The notes under the pieces are model-generated. The model saw only the letters and a program-made list of their open reading frames with translations, searched no databases and was not told the origin of the DNA. A stretch of DNA of 64,000 nt. Origin: Eledone cirrhosa (Eukaryota). The stretch is from positions 3,348,001 to 3,412,000 of the forward strand of contig OZ024745.1 of NCBI GenBank assembly GCA_964016885.1. Direction: 5' to 3'. The position numbers and the translations under genes are program-made. Below are positions 1-14,661 of the stretch, one piece after another. The stretch's first letter is position 1; every line of letters begins with the position of its first letter.

Positions 1-3000
1 CTCCCACCTGTCCTTTAGTCCACCTTCTCCCACCTGTCCTTTAGTCCACCTTCTCCCACCTGTCCTTTAGTCCACCATCTCCCACCTGTCCTTTAGTCCA
101 CCTTCTCCCACCTGTCCTTTAGTCCTCCTTCTCCCACCTGTCCTTTAGTCCACCATCTCCCACCTGTCCTTTAGTCCACCTTCTCCCACCTGTCCTTTAG
201 TCTACCATCTCCCACCTGTCCTTTAGTCCACCTTCTCCCACCTGTCCTTTAGTCCACCTTCTCCCACCTGTTTTTTAGTCCACCTTCTCCCACCTGTCCT
301 TTAGTCCACCTTCTCCCACCTGTCCTTTAGTCCACCATCTCCCACCTGTCCTTTAGTCCACCTTCTCCTACCTGTCCTTTAGTCCACCTTCTCCCACCTG
401 TCCTTTAGTCCACCTTCTCCTACCTGTCCTTTAGTCCACCTTCTCCCACCTGTCCTTTAGTCCACCTTCTCCCACCTGTCCTTTAGTCCACCTTCTCCCA
501 CCTGTCCTTTAGTCCACCTTCTCCCACCTGTTTTTTAGTCCACCTTCTCCCACCTGTCCTTTAGTCCACCTTCTCCCACCTGTCCTTTAGTCCACCTTCT
601 CCCACCTGTCCTTTAGTCCACCATCTCCCACCTGTCCTTTAGTCCACCTTCTCCCACCTGTCCTTTAGTCCACCATCTCCCACCTGTCCTTTAGTCCACC
701 TTCTCCCACCTGTCCTTTAGTCTACCATCTCCCACCTGTCCTTTAGTCCACCTTCTCCCACCTGTCCTTTAGTCCACCTTCTCCCACCTGTTTTTTAGTC
801 CACCATCTCCCACCTGTCCTTTAGTCCACCTTCTCCCACCTGTCCTTTAGTCCACCATCTCCTACCTGTCCTTTAGTCCACCTTCTCCCACCTGTCCTTT
901 AGTCTACCATCTCCCACCTGTCCTTTAGTCCACCATCTCCTACCTGTCCTTTAGTCCACCTTCTCACACCTGTCCTTTAGTCCACCATCTCCCACCTGTC
1001 CTTTAGTCCACCTTCTCCCACCTGTCCTTTAGTCCACCATCTCCCACCTGTCCTTTAGTCCACCTTCTCCCACCTGTCCTTTAGTCTACCATCTCCCACC
1101 TGTCCTTTAGTCCACCTTCTCCCACCTGTCCTTTAGTCCACCTTCTCCCACCTGTTTTTTAGTCCACCATCTCCCACCTGTCCTTTAGTCCACCTTCTCC
1201 CACCTGTCCTTTAGTCCACCATCTCCTACCTGTCCTTTAGTCCACCTTCTCCCACCTGTCCTTTAGTCCACCTTCTCCCACCTGTCCTTTAGTCCACCTT
1301 CTCCCACCTGTCCTTTAGTCCACCTTCTCCCACCTGTTTTTTAGTCCACCATCTCCCACCTGTCCTTTAGTCCACCTTCTCCCACCTGTCCTTTAGTCCA
1401 CCATCTCCTACCTGTCCTTTAGTCCACCTTCTCCCACCTGTCCTTTAGTCCACCTTCTCCCACCTGTCCTTTAGTCCACCTTCTCCCACCTGTCCTTTAG
1501 TCCACCTTCTCCCACCTGTCCTTTAGTCCACCTTCTCCTACCTGTCCTTTAGTCCACCTTCTCCCACCTGTCCTTTAGTCCACCATCTCCCACCTGTCCT
1601 TTAGTCCACCATCTCCCACCTGTCCTTTAGTCCACCATCTCCCACCTGTCCTTTAGTCCACCTTCTCCTACCTGTCCTTTAGTCCACCTTCTCCCACCTG
1701 TCCTTTAGTCCACCATCTCCCACCTGTCCTTTAGTCCACCTTCTCCCACCTGTCCTTTAGTCCACCATCTCCCACCTGTCCTTTAGTCCACCTTCTCCCA
1801 CCTGTCCTTTAGTCCACCTTCTCCTACCTGTCCTTTAGTCCACCTTCTCCCACCTGTCCTTTAGTCCACCTTCTCCTACCTGTCCTTTAGTCCACCTTCT
1901 CCCACCTGTCCTTTAGTCCACCTTCTCCTACCTGTCCTTTAGTCCACCTTCTCCCACCTGTCCTTTAGTCCACCTTCTCCCACCTGTCCTTTAGTCCACC
2001 ATCTCCCACCTGTCCTTTACTCCACCTTCTCGCACCTGTCCTTTAGTCCACCATCTCCCACCTGTCCTTTAGTCCACCTTCTCCCACCTGTCCTTTAGTC
2101 CACCATCTCCTACCTGTCCTTTAGTCCACCTTCTCCCACCTGTCCTTTAGTCCACCATCTCCCACCTGTCCTTTACTCCACCTTCTCCCACCTGTCCTTT
2201 AGTCTACCATCTCCCACCTGTCCTTTAGTCCACCTTCTCCCACCTGTCCTTTAGTCTACCATCTCCCACCTGTCCTTTACTCCACCTTCTCCCACCTGTC
2301 CTTTAGTCTACCATCTCCCACCTGTCCTTTAGTCCACCTTCTCCCACCTGTCCTTTAGTCTACCATCTCCCACCTGTCCTTTACTCCACCTTCTCCCACC
2401 TGTCCTTTAGTCTACCATCTCCCACCTGTCCTTTAGTCCACCTTCTCCCACCTGTCCTTTAGTCTACCATCTCCCACCTGTCCTTTACTCCACCTTCTCC
2501 CACCTGTCCTTTAGTCCACCATCTCCCACCTGTCCTTTAGTCTACCATCTCCTACCTGTCCTTTAGTCCACCTTCTCCTACCTGTCCTTTTGTCCACCTT
2601 CTCCCACCTGTCCTTTAGTCCACCATCTCCCACCTGTCCTTTAGTCCACCTTCTCCCACCTGTCCTTTAGTCTACCATCTCCCACCTGTCCTTTACTCCA
2701 CCATCTCCCACCTGTCCTTTAGTCCACCTTCTCCCACCTGTCCTTTAGTCCACCATCTCCCACCTGTCCTTTAGTCCACCATCTCCCACCTGTCCTTTAG
2801 TACACCTTCTCCCACCTGTCCTTTAGTCCACCTTCTCCCACCTGTCCTTTAGTCCACCTTCTCCCACCTGTCCTTTAGTCCACCTTCTCCCACCTGTCCT
2901 TTACTCCACCATCTCCCACCTGTCCTTTAGTCCATCTTCTCCCACCTGTCCTTTAGTCTACCATCTCCCACCTGTCCTTTAGTCCACCTTCTCCCACCTG

Positions 3001-6000
3001 CCCTTTACTCCACCTTCTCCCACCTGTCCTTTTGTCCATCTCCCACCTGTCCTTTAGTCCATCTGCCACCTGTCCTTTAGTCTACCATCTCCCACCTGTC
3101 CTTTAGTCCACCTTCTCCCACCTGTCCTTTAGTCTACCATCTCCCACCTGTCCTTTAGTCTACGATCTCCCACCTGTCCTTTAGTCCACCTTCTCCCACC
3201 TGCCCTTTACTCCACCTTCTCCCACCTGTCCTTTAGTCTACCATCTCCCACCTGTCCTTTAGTCCACCTTCTCCCACCTGTCCTTTAGTCTACCATCTCC
3301 CACCTGCCCTTTACTCCACCTTCTCCCACCTGTCCTTTAGTCCACCATCTCCCACCTGTCCTTTACTCCACCATCTCCCACCTTTCCTTTAGTCCACCTT
3401 CTCCCACCTGTCCTTTAGTCCACCTTCTCCCACCTGTCCTTTAGTCCACCATCTCCCACCTGTCCTTTAGTCCACCTTCTCCCACCTGTCCTTTAATCCA
3501 CCTTCTCCCACCTGTCCTTTAGTCCACCTTCTCCCACCTGTCCTTTAGTCCACCTTCTCCCACCTGTCCTTTACTCCACCATCTCCCACCTGCCCTTTAG
3601 TCCACCTTCTCCCACCTGTCCTTTAGTCTACCATCTCCCACCTGTCCTTTAGTCTACCATCTCCCACCTGTCCTTTAGTCCACCTTCTCCCACCTGCCCT
3701 TTACTCCACCTTCTCCCACCTGTCCTTTAGTCTACCATCTCCCACCTGTCCTTTAGTCCACCTTCTCCCACCTGTCCTTTAGTCCACCTTCTCCCACCTG
3801 TCCTTTAGTCTACCATCTCCCACCTGCCCTTTACTCCACCTTCTCCCACCTGTCCTTTAGTCCACCATCTCCCACCTGTCCTTTACTCCACCATCTCCCA
3901 CCTGTCCTTTAGTCCACCTTCTCCCACCTGTCCTTTAGTCTACCATCTCCCACCTGTCCTTTACTCCACCTTCTCCCACCTGTCCTTTAGTCTACCATCT
4001 CCCACCTCTCCTTTAGTCCACCTTCTCCCACCTGTCTTTTAGTCCACCTTCTCCCACCTGCCCTTTACTCCACCTTTTCCCACCTGTCCTTTAGTCTACC
4101 ATCTCCCACCTGTCCTTTACTCCACCTTCTCCCACCTGTCCTTTAGTCTACCTTCTCCCACCTGTCCTTTAGTCCATCTATCACCTGTCCTTTAGTCCAC
4201 CTTCTCCCCCCTGCCCTTTACTCCACCTTCTCCCACCTGTCCTTTAGTCTACCACCTCCCACCTGTCCTTTAGTCCACCTTCTCCCACCTGCCCTTTACT
4301 CCACCTTCTCCCACCTGTCCTTTAGTCTACCACCTCCCACCTGTCCTTTAGTCCACCTTCTCCCACCTGCCCTTTACTCCACCATCTCCCACCTGTCCTT
4401 TAGTCCATCTCCCACCTGTCCTTTAGTCTACCCTCTCCCACCTGTCCTTTAGTCCACCTTCTCCCACCTGTCCTTTACTCCACCTTCTCCCACCTGTCCT
4501 TTAGTCCACCTTCTCCCACCTGTCCTTTAGTCCACCATCTCCCACCTGTCCTTTAGTCTACCATCTCCCACCTGTCCTTTACTCCACCTTCTCCCACCTG
4601 TCCTTTACTCCACCTTCTCCCACCTGTCCTTTAGTCCACCATCTCCCACCTGTCCTTTAGTCCACCATCTCCCACCTGTCCTTTACTCCACCTTCTCCCA
4701 CCTGTCCTTTACTCCACCTTCTCCCACCTGTCCTTTAGTCCACCTTCTCCCACCTGTCCTTTAGTCCACCTTCTCCCACCTGTCCTTTAGTCTACCATCT
4801 CCCACCTGTCCTTTAGTCCACCTTCTCCCACCTGTCCTTTAGTCTACCATCTCCCACCTGTCCTTTAGTCCACCTTCTCCCACCTCTCCTTTAGTCTACC
4901 ATCTCCCACCTGTCCTTTAGTCCATCTCCCACCTGTCCTTTAGTCCACCATCTCCCACCTGTCCTTTAGTCCATCATCACCCACCTGTCCTTTGGTCCAC
5001 CATCTCCCACCTGTCCTTTAGTCCACCTTCTCCCACCTGTCCTTTACTCCACCTTCTCCCACCTGTCCTTTAGTCCACCTTCTCCCACCTGTCCTTTAGT
5101 CCACCTTCTCCCACCTGTCCTTTAGTCCACCTTCTCCCACCTGTCCTTTACTCCACCTTCTCCCACCTGTCCTTTAGTCAACCATCTCCCACCTGTCCTT
5201 TAGTCCACCTTCTCCCACCTGTCCTTTAGTCCACCTTCTCCCACCTGTCCTTTACTCCACCTTCTCCCACCTGTCCTTTAGTCTACCATCTCCCACCTGT
5301 CCTTTAGTCCACCTTCTCCCACCTGTCCTTTAGTCCACCTTCTCCCACCTGTCCTTTAGTCCACCATCTCCCACCTGTCCTTTCTCCACCTTCTCCCACC
5401 TGTCCTTTAGTCTACCATCTCCCACCTGTCCTTTAGTCCACCTTCTCCCACCTGTCCTTTAGTCCACCTTCTCCCACCTGTCCTTTAGTCCACCTTCTCC
5501 CACCTGTCCTTTATTCTACCATCTCCCATCTGTCCTTTAGTCCACCTTCTCCCACCTGTCCTTTAGTCTACCATCTCCCACCTGTCCTTTAGTCCACCTT
5601 CTCCCACCTGTCCTTTAGTCCACCTTCTCCCACCTGTCCTTTAGTCCACCTTCTCCCACCTGTCCTTTAGTCTACCATCTCCCACCTGTCCTTTAGTCCA
5701 CCTTCTCCCACCTGTCCTTTAGTCCACCTTCTCCCACCTGTCCTTTAGTCCACCTTCTCCCACCTGTCCTTTAGTCTACCATCTCCCACCTGTCCTTTAG
5801 TCCACCTTCTCCCACCTGTCCTTTAGTCCACCATCTCCCACCTGTCCTTTAGTCCACCTTCTCCCAACTGTCCTTTAGTCCACCATCTCCCACCTGTCCT
5901 TTAGTCCACCTTCTCCCACCTGTCCTTTAGTCCACCATCTCCCACCTGTCCTTTAGTCCACCTTTTCCCACCGGTCCTTTAGTCCACCATCTCCCACCTG

Positions 6001-9000
6001 TCCTTTAGTCCACCTTCTCCCACCTGTCCTTTAGTCTACTATCTCCCACCTGTCCTTTAGTCCACCTTCTCCCACCTGTCCTTTAGTCCACCATCTCCCA
6101 CCTGTCCTTTAGTCCACCTTCTCCCACCTGTCCTTTAGTCCACCTTCTCCCACCTGTCCTTTAGTCTACCATCTCCCACCAGTCCTTTAGTCCACCTTCT
6201 CCCACCTGTCCTTTAGTCCACCTTCTCCCACCTGTCCTTTAGTCTACCATCTCCCACCTGCCCTTTACTCCACCTTCTCCCACCTGTCCTTTAGTCCACC
6301 ATCTCCCACCTGTCCTTTACTCCACCATCTCCCACCTGTCCTTTAGTCCACCTTCTCCCACCTGTCCTTTAGTCTACCATCTCCCACCTGTCCTTTACTC
6401 CACCTTCTCCCACCTGTCCTTTAGTCTACCATCTCCCACCTGTCCTTTAGTCCACCTTCTCCCACCTGTCCTTTAGTCCACCTTCTCCCACCTGCCCTTT
6501 ACTCCACCTTTTCCCCCCTGTCCTTTAGTCTACCATCTCCCACCTGTCCTTTACTCCACCTTCTCCCACCTGTCCTTTAGTCTACCATCTCCCACCTGTC
6601 CTTTACTCCACCTTCTCCCACCTGTCCTTTAGTCTACCATCTCCCACCTGTCCTTTAGTCCACCTTCTCCCACCTGTCCTTTAGTCCACCTTCTCCCACC
6701 TGCCCTTTACTCCACCTTTTCCCACCTGTTCTTTAGTCTACCATCTCCCACCTGTCCTTTACTCCACCTTCTCCCACCTGTCCTTTAGTCTACCTTCTCC
6801 CACCTGTCCTTTAGTCCATCTATCACCTGTCCTTTAGTCCACCTTCTCCCACCTGCCCTTTACTCCACCTTCTCCCACCTGTCCTTTAGTCTACCACCTC
6901 CCACCTGTCCTTTAGTCCACCTTCTCCCACCTGCCCTTTACTCCACCTTCTCCCACCTGTCCTTTAGTCTACCACCTCCCACCTGTCCTTTAGTCCACCT
7001 TCTCCCACCTGCCCTTTACTCCACCATCTCCCACCTGTCCTTTAGTCCATCTCCCACCTGTCCTTTAGTCTACCCTCTCCCACCTGTCCTTTAGTCCACC
7101 TTCTCCCACCTCTCCTTTACTCCACCTTCTCCCACCTGTCCTTTAGTCCACCTTCTCCCACCTGTCCTTTAGTCCACCATCTCCCACCTGTCCTTTAGTC
7201 TACCATCTCCCACCTGTCCTTTACTCCACCTTCTCCCACCTGTCCTTTACTCCACCTTCTCCCACCTGTCCTTTAGTCCACCATCTCCCACCTGTCCTTT
7301 AGTCCACCATCTCCCACCTGTCCTTTACTCCACCTTCTCCCACCTGTCCTTTACTCCACCTTCTCCCACCTGTCCTTTAGTCCACCTTCTCCCACCTGTC
7401 CTTTAGTCCACCTTCTCCCACCTGTCCTTTAGTCTACCATCTCCCACCTGTCCTTTAGTCCACCTTCTCCCACCTGTCCTTTAGTCTACCATCTCCCACC
7501 TGTCCTTTAGTCCACCTTCTCCCACCTCTCCTTTAGTCTACCATCTCCCACCTGTCCTTTAGTCCATCTCCCACCTGTCCTTTAGTCCACCATCTCCCAC
7601 CTGTCCTTTAGTCCATCATCACCCACCTGTCCTTTGGTCCACCATCTCCCACCTGTCCTTTAGTCCACCTTCTCCCACCTGTCCTTTACTCCACCTTCTC
7701 CCACCTGTCCTTTAGTCCACCTTCTCCCACCTGTCCTTTAGTCCACCTTCTCCCACCTGTCCTTTACTCCACCTTCTCCCACCTGTCCTTTAGTCTACCA
7801 TCTCCCACCTGTCCTTTAGTCCACCTTCTCCCACCTGTCCTTTAGTCCACCTTCTCCCACCTGTCCTTTACTCCACCTTCTCCCACCTGTCCTTTAGTCT
7901 ACCATCTCCCACCTGTCCTTTAGTCCACCTTCTCCCACCTGTCCTTTAGTCCACCTTCTCCCACCTGTCCTTTAGTCCACCATCTCCCACCTGTCCTTTC
8001 TCCACCTTCTCCCACCTGTCCTTTAGTCTACCATCTCCCACCTGTCCTTTAGTCCACCTTCTTCCACCTGTCCTTTAGTCCACCTTCTCCCACCTGTCCT
8101 TTAGTCCACCTTCTCCCACCTGTCCTTTATTCTACCATCTCCCATCTGTCCTTTAGTCCACCTTCTCCCACCTGTCCTTTAGTCTACCATCTCCCACCTG
8201 TCCTTTAGTCCACCTTCTCCCACCTGTCCTTTAGTCCATCTTCTCCCACCTGTCCTTTAGTCCACCTTCTCCCACCTGTCCTTTAGTCTACCATCTCCCA
8301 CCTGTCCTTTAGTCCACCTTCTCCCACCTGTCCTTTAGTCCACCTTCTCCCACCTGTCCTTTAGTCCACCTTCTCCCACCTGTCCTTTAGTCTACCATCT
8401 CCCACCTGTCCTTTAGTCCACCTTCTCCCACCTGTCCTTTAGTTCACCATCTCCCACCTGTCCTTTAGTCCACCTTCTCCCAACTGTCCTTTAGTCCACC
8501 ATCTCCCACCTGTCCTTTAGTCCACCTTCTCCCACCTGTCCTTTAGTCCACCATCTCCCACCTGTCCTTTAGTCCACCTTCTCCCACCGGTCCTTTAGTC
8601 CACCATCTCCCACCTGTCCTTTAGTCCACCTTCTCCCACCTGTCCTTTAGTCTACTATCTCCCACCTGTCCTTTAGTCCACCTTCTCCCACCTGTCCTTT
8701 AGTCCACCTTCTCCCACCTGTCCTTTAGTCCACCTTCTCCCACCTGTCCTTTAGTCCACCTTCTCCCACCTGTCCTTTAGTCCACCTTCTCCCACCTGTC
8801 CTTTAGTCCACCTTCTCCCACCTGTCCTTTAGTCTACCATCTCCCACCTTTCCTTTACTCCACCATCTCCCACCTGTCCTTTAGTCCATCTTCTCCCACC
8901 TGTCCTTTAGTCTACCATCTCCCACCTGTCCTTTAGTCCACCATCTCCCACCTGTCCTTTAGTCCACCTTCTCCCACCTGTCCTTTAGTCCACCTTCTCC

Positions 9001-12000
9001 CACCTGTCCTTTACTCCACCATCTCCCACCTGTCCTTTAGTCCATCTTCTCCCACCTGTCCTTTAGTCTACCATCTCCCACCTGTCCTTTAGTCCACCTT
9101 CTCCCACCTGTCCTTTAGTCTACCATCTCCCACCTTTCCTTTACTCCACCATCTCCCACCTGTCCTTTAGTCCATCTTCTCCCACCTGTCCTTTAGTCCA
9201 CCATCTCCCACCTGTCCTTTAGTCCACCTTCTCCCACCTGTCCTTTAGTCCACCTTCTCCCACCTGTCCTTTACTCCACCATCTCCCACCTGTCCTTTAG
9301 TCCATCTTCTCCCACCTGTCCTTTAGTCTACCATCTCCCACCTGTCCTTTAGTCCACCTTCTCCCACCTGTCCTTTAGTCTACCATCTCCCACCTTTCCT
9401 TTACTCCACCATCTCCCACCTGTCCTTTAGTCCACCTTCTCCCACCTGTCCTTTAGTCCACCATCTCCCACCTGTCCTTTAGTCCACCTTCTCCCACCTG
9501 TCCTTTAGTCTACCATCTCCCACCTTTCCTTTACTCCACCATCTCCCACCTGTCCTTTAGTCCATCTTCTCCCACCTGTCCTTTAGTCTACCATCTCCCA
9601 CCTGTCCTTTAGTCCACCATCTCCCACCTGTCCTTTAGTCCACCTTCTCCCACCTGTCCTTTAGTCCACCTTCTCCCACCTGTCCTTTACTCCACCATCT
9701 CCCACCTGTCCTTTAGTCCATCTTCTCCCACCTGTCCTTTAGTCTACCATCTCCCACCTGTCCTTTAGTCCACCTTCTCCCACCTGCCCTTTACTCCACC
9801 TTCTCCCACCTGTCCTTTAGTCCATCTCCCACCTGTCCTTTAGTCCATCTCCCACCTGTCCTTTAGTCTACCATCTCCCACCTGTCCTTTAGTCCACCTT
9901 CTCCCACCTGTCCTTTAGTCTACCATCTCCCACCTGCCCTTTAGTCCACCTTCTCCCACCTGTCCTTTAGTCTACCATCTCCCACCTGTCCTTTAGTCCA
10001 CCTTCTCCCACCTGCCCTTTACTCCACCTTCTCCCACCTGTCCTTTAGTCCATCTCCCACCTGTCCTTTAGTCCATCTCCCACCTGTCCTTTAGTCTACC
10101 ATCTCCCACCTGTCCTTTAGTCCACCTTCTCCCACCTGCCCTTTACTCCACCTTCTCCCACCTGTCCTTTAGTCCATCTCCCACCTGTCCTTTAGTCCAT
10201 CTCCCACCTGTCCTTTAGTCTACCATCTCCCACCTGTCCTTTAGTCCACCTTCTCCCACCTGTCCTTTAGTCCACCATCTCCCACCTGTCCTTTAGTCCA
10301 CCTTCTCCCACCTGTCCTTTAGTCCACCATCTCCCACCTGTCCTTTAGTCTACCATCTCCCACCTGTCCTTTAGTCCACCTTCTCCCACCTGTCCTTTAG
10401 TCCACCTTCTCCCACCTGTCCTTTTGTCCACCTTCTCCCACCTGTCCTTTAGTCCACCTTCTCCCACCTGTCCTTTAGTCCACCTTCTCCCACCTGTCCT
10501 TTAGTCCACCATCTCCCACCTGTCCTTTAGTCCACCTTCTCCCACCTGTCCTTTAGTCTACCATCTCCCACCTGTCCTTTACTCCACCATCTCCCACCTG
10601 TCCTTTAGTCCACCTTCTCCCACCTGTCCTTTAGTCCACCATCTCCCACCTGTCCTTTAGTCCACCATCTCCCACCTGTCCTTTAGTCCACCTTCTCCCA
10701 CCTGTCCTTTAGTCCACCTTCTCCCACCTGTCCTTTAGTCCACCTTCTCCCACCTGTCCTTTAGTCCACCTTCTCCCACCTGTCCTTTACTCCACCATCT
10801 CCCACCTGTCCTTTAGTCCATCTTCTCCCACCTGTCCTTTAGTCTACCATCTCCCACCTGTCCTTTAGTCCACCTCATCCCACCTGTCCTTTTGTCCATC
10901 TCCCACCTGTCCTTTAGTCCATCTCCCACCTGTCCTTTAGTCTACCATCTCCCACCTGTCCTTTAGTCCACCTTCTCCCACCTGTCCTTTAGTCCACCTT
11001 CTCCCACCTGTCCTTTAGTCCACCTTCTCCCACCTGTCCTTTAGTCCACCTTCTCCCACCTGTCCTTTAGTCCACCTTCTCCCACCTGCCCTTTACTCCA
11101 CCTTCTCCCACCTGTCCTTTAGTCCATCTCCCACCTGTCCTTTAGTCCATCTCCCACCTGTCCTTTAGTCTACCATCTCCCACCTGTCCTTTAGTCCACC
11201 TTCTCCCACCTGTCCTTTAGTCTACCATCTCCCACCTGTCCTTTAGTCTACCATCTCCCACCTGTCCTTTAGTCCACCTTCTCCCACCTGCCCTTTACTC
11301 CACCTTCTCCCACCTGTCCTTTAGTCTACCATCTCCCACCTGTCCTTTAGTCCACCTTCTCCCACCTGTCCTTTAGTCTACCATCTCCCACCTGCCCTTT
11401 ACTCCACCTTCTCCCACCTGTCCTTTAGTCCACCATCTCCCACCTGTCCTTTACTCCACCATCTCCCACCTTTCCTTTAGTCCACCTTCTCCCACCTGTC
11501 CTTTAGTCCACCTTCTCCCACCTGTCCTTTAGTCCACCATCTCCCACCTGTCCTTTAGTCCACCTTCTCCCACCTGTCCTTTAATCCACCTTCTCCCACC
11601 TGTCCTTTAGTCCACCTTCTCCCACCTGTCCTTTAGTCCACCTTCTCCCACCTGTCCTTTACTCCACCATCTCCCACCTGCCCTTTAGTCCACCTTCTCC
11701 CACCTGTCCTTTAGTCTACCATCTCCCACCTGTCATTTAGTCCACCTTCTCCCACCTGCCCTTTACTCCACCTTCTCCCACCTGTCCTTTAGTCCATCTC
11801 CCACCTGTCCTTTAGTCCATCTCCCACCTGTCCTTTAGTCTACCATCTCCCACCTGTCCTTTAGTCCACCTTCTCCCACCTGTCCTTTAGTCTACCATCT
11901 CCCACCTGTCCTTTAGTCTACCATCTCCCACCTGTCCTTTAGTCCACCTTCTCCCACCTGCCCTTTACTCCACCTTCTCCCACCTGTCCTTTAGTCTACC

Positions 12001-13558
12001 ATCTCCCACCTGTCCTTTAGTCCACCTTCTCCCACCTGTCCTTTAGTCCACCTTCTCCCACCTGTCCTTTAGTCTACCATCTCCCACCTGCCCTTTACTC
12101 CACCTTCTCCCACCTGTCCGTTAGTCCACCATCTCCCACCTGTCCTTTACTCCACCATCTCCCACCTGTCCTTTAGTCCACCTTCTCCCACCTGTCCTTT
12201 AGTCTACCATCTCCCACCTGTCCTTTACTCCACCTTCTCCCACCTGTCCTTTAGTCTACCATCTCCCACCTGTCCTTTAGTCCACCTTCTCCCACCTGTC
12301 CTTTAGTCCACCTTCTCCCACCTGCCCTTTACTCCACCTTTTCCCACCTGTTCTTTAGTCTACCATCTCCCACCTGTCCTTTACTCCACCTTCTCCCACC
12401 TGTCCTTTAGTCTACCTTCTCCCACCTGTCCTTTAGTCCATCTATCACCTGTCCTTTAGTCCACCTTCTCCCACCTGCCCTTTACTCCACCTTCTCCCAC
12501 CTGTCCTTTAGTCTACCACCTCCCACCTGTCCTTTAGTCCACCTTCTCCCACCTGCCCTTTACACCACCTTCTCCCACCTGTCCTTTAGTCTACCACCTC
12601 CCACCTGTCCTTTAGTCCACCTTCTCCCACCTGCCCTTTACTCCACCATCTCCCACCTGTCCTTTAGTCCATCTCCCACCTGTCCTTTAGTCTACCCTCT
12701 CCCACCTGTCCTTTAGTCCACCTTCTCCCACCTGTCCTTTACTCCACCTTCTCCCACCTGTCCTTTAGTCCACCTTCTCCCACCTGTCCTTTAGTCCACC
12801 ATCTTCCACCTGTCCTTTAGTCTACCATCTCCCACCTGTCCTTTACTCCACCTTCTCCCACCTGTCCTTTACTCCACCTTCTCCCACCTGTCCTTTAGTC
12901 AACCATCTCCCACCTGTCCTTTAGTCCACCATCTCCCACCTGTCCTTTACTCCACCTTCTCCCACCTGTCCTTTACTCCACCTTCTCCCACCTGTCCTTT
13001 AGTCCACCATCTCCCACCTGTCCTTTACTCCACCTTCTCCCACCTGTCCTTTAGTCTACCATCTCCCACCTGTCCTTTAGTCCACCTTCTCCCACCTGTC
13101 CTTTAGTCTACCATCTCCCACCTGTCCTTTAGTCCACCTTCTCCCACCTCTCCTTTAGTCTACCATCTCCCACCTGTCCTTTAGTCCATCTCCCACCTGT
13201 CCTTTAGTCCACCATCTCCCACCTGTCCTTTAGTCCATCATCACCCACCTGTCCTTTGGTCCACGATCTCCCACCTGTCCTTTAGTCCACCTTCTCCCAC
13301 CTGTACTTTAGTCCACCTTCTCCCACCTGTCCTTTAGTCCACCATCTCCCACCTGTCCTTTAGTCCACCTTCTCCCACCTGTACTTTAGTCCACCTTCTC
13401 CCACCTGTCCTTTAGTCCACCATCTCCCACCTGTCCTTTACTCCACCTTCTCCCACCTGTCCTTTAGTCCACCATCTCCCACCTGTCCTTTAGTCCACCA
13501 TCTCCCACCTGTCCTTTAGTCCACCTACTCCCACCTGCCCTTTAGTCCACCTTCTCCA
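1..13558. repeat. 26-bp satellite (CTCCCACCTGTCCTTTAGTCCACCTT), ~520 units, open at the left edge
   Basis: Continuous 26-bp periodicity with point variants (ccttc/ccatc, tcc/tct, agt/act) and occasional 23-bp units; ends at ...cttctccaac. Confidence 0.99.
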
Positions 13559-13769
13559 ACTATTGTGATTGAACATTTTCCAATTGGATTAAACTCTGAA
13601 CTGTTTTTTTACCTACCCTGATGTGGATTATAAAGTCATATTTGAACTTGGAAATATTTTTTGCCTTTGTATGTGTGTATGTATGCATCTTTATATGTAT
13701 GTATGTATCTTTGTATGTATGTATGTATTTATGTACATGTTATTGCTTGATTCCCAGTCAGTCTTAATT

Positions 13770-13912
13770 GAGCTGGCTTATGATAAGTGTTCCAACCATG
13801 GCAATCCCATCTCTTTACATGTCAGAAACTATTTTATCCCATATGTTCTTTTTTTAAGATATTAGATTGTCATATGAGGAATATTTGACTGCTATTTCTG
13901 GCTGAATTAGTG
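13770..13912 (+). mobile_element. Degenerate fragment of a SINE-associated repeat body
   Basis: gaggaatatttgactgctatttctgg and tgttccaaccatggcaatcccatc resemble the reverse complement of 28650-28780. Confidence 0.45.
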
Positions 13913-14603
13913 GCTCCTTCATTGTTTATACATACATTGTTTACCCACTAACTTTATATGGTTGTCAAATTGTTGATGATTCTAAATTCAAAAGAGGACT
14001 TCATCTTCAAAATTCCATTTAAATTTTCAATATGTTCTTCAAGTCGTTGAAACCAGTTTTGCTTCTGCTGTCAACGCAAGGTGTGAAAACAACCAAATTG
14101 AAATGTTTAGAGAGGAAGAAGCAATTGAAGATCCTAGATATAAAAGTGATTGAGTTACTGAAAATCAATATAACTTTTGATAGTAGGGTCTCCAGTTTGT
14201 TGATGTTAAGAAAAATGGTGGAGAAAGAACAGTTTTAATGGAGTGACAATATTGGGAAAATATTGTTGAGGAAAAATGTTGGAAATTGTCACACTGCATT
14301 TCCCCCTCTCTCTGTCTCACACTATTTCTCTCATTCCCTCTTGCTCTTCGCTCTCTCCACCCAACTCTCTATTTCTCTCACTCCCTCTTGCTCTTTCCAC
14401 CCCCCTCTCTCACATAATCTTCCTTGGTCATCCCTTTGTGTTTGTGTATGTGTGTATAAATTCATATATACCGATAATGTATTAGTGGCTGTGTATGTAT
14501 AGATTTGTGTGTGCTCACGCATGCATGCCTCTAGAAATATATGGACCGAGGTGTCTAGAAATTCATATATACATGTCATACACAAGAAAGTCTTTCACTG
14601 TAT

Positions 14604-14630
14604 CTATGTGTGTGTGTATGTATGTATATA

Positions 14631-14661
<31 letters not shown>

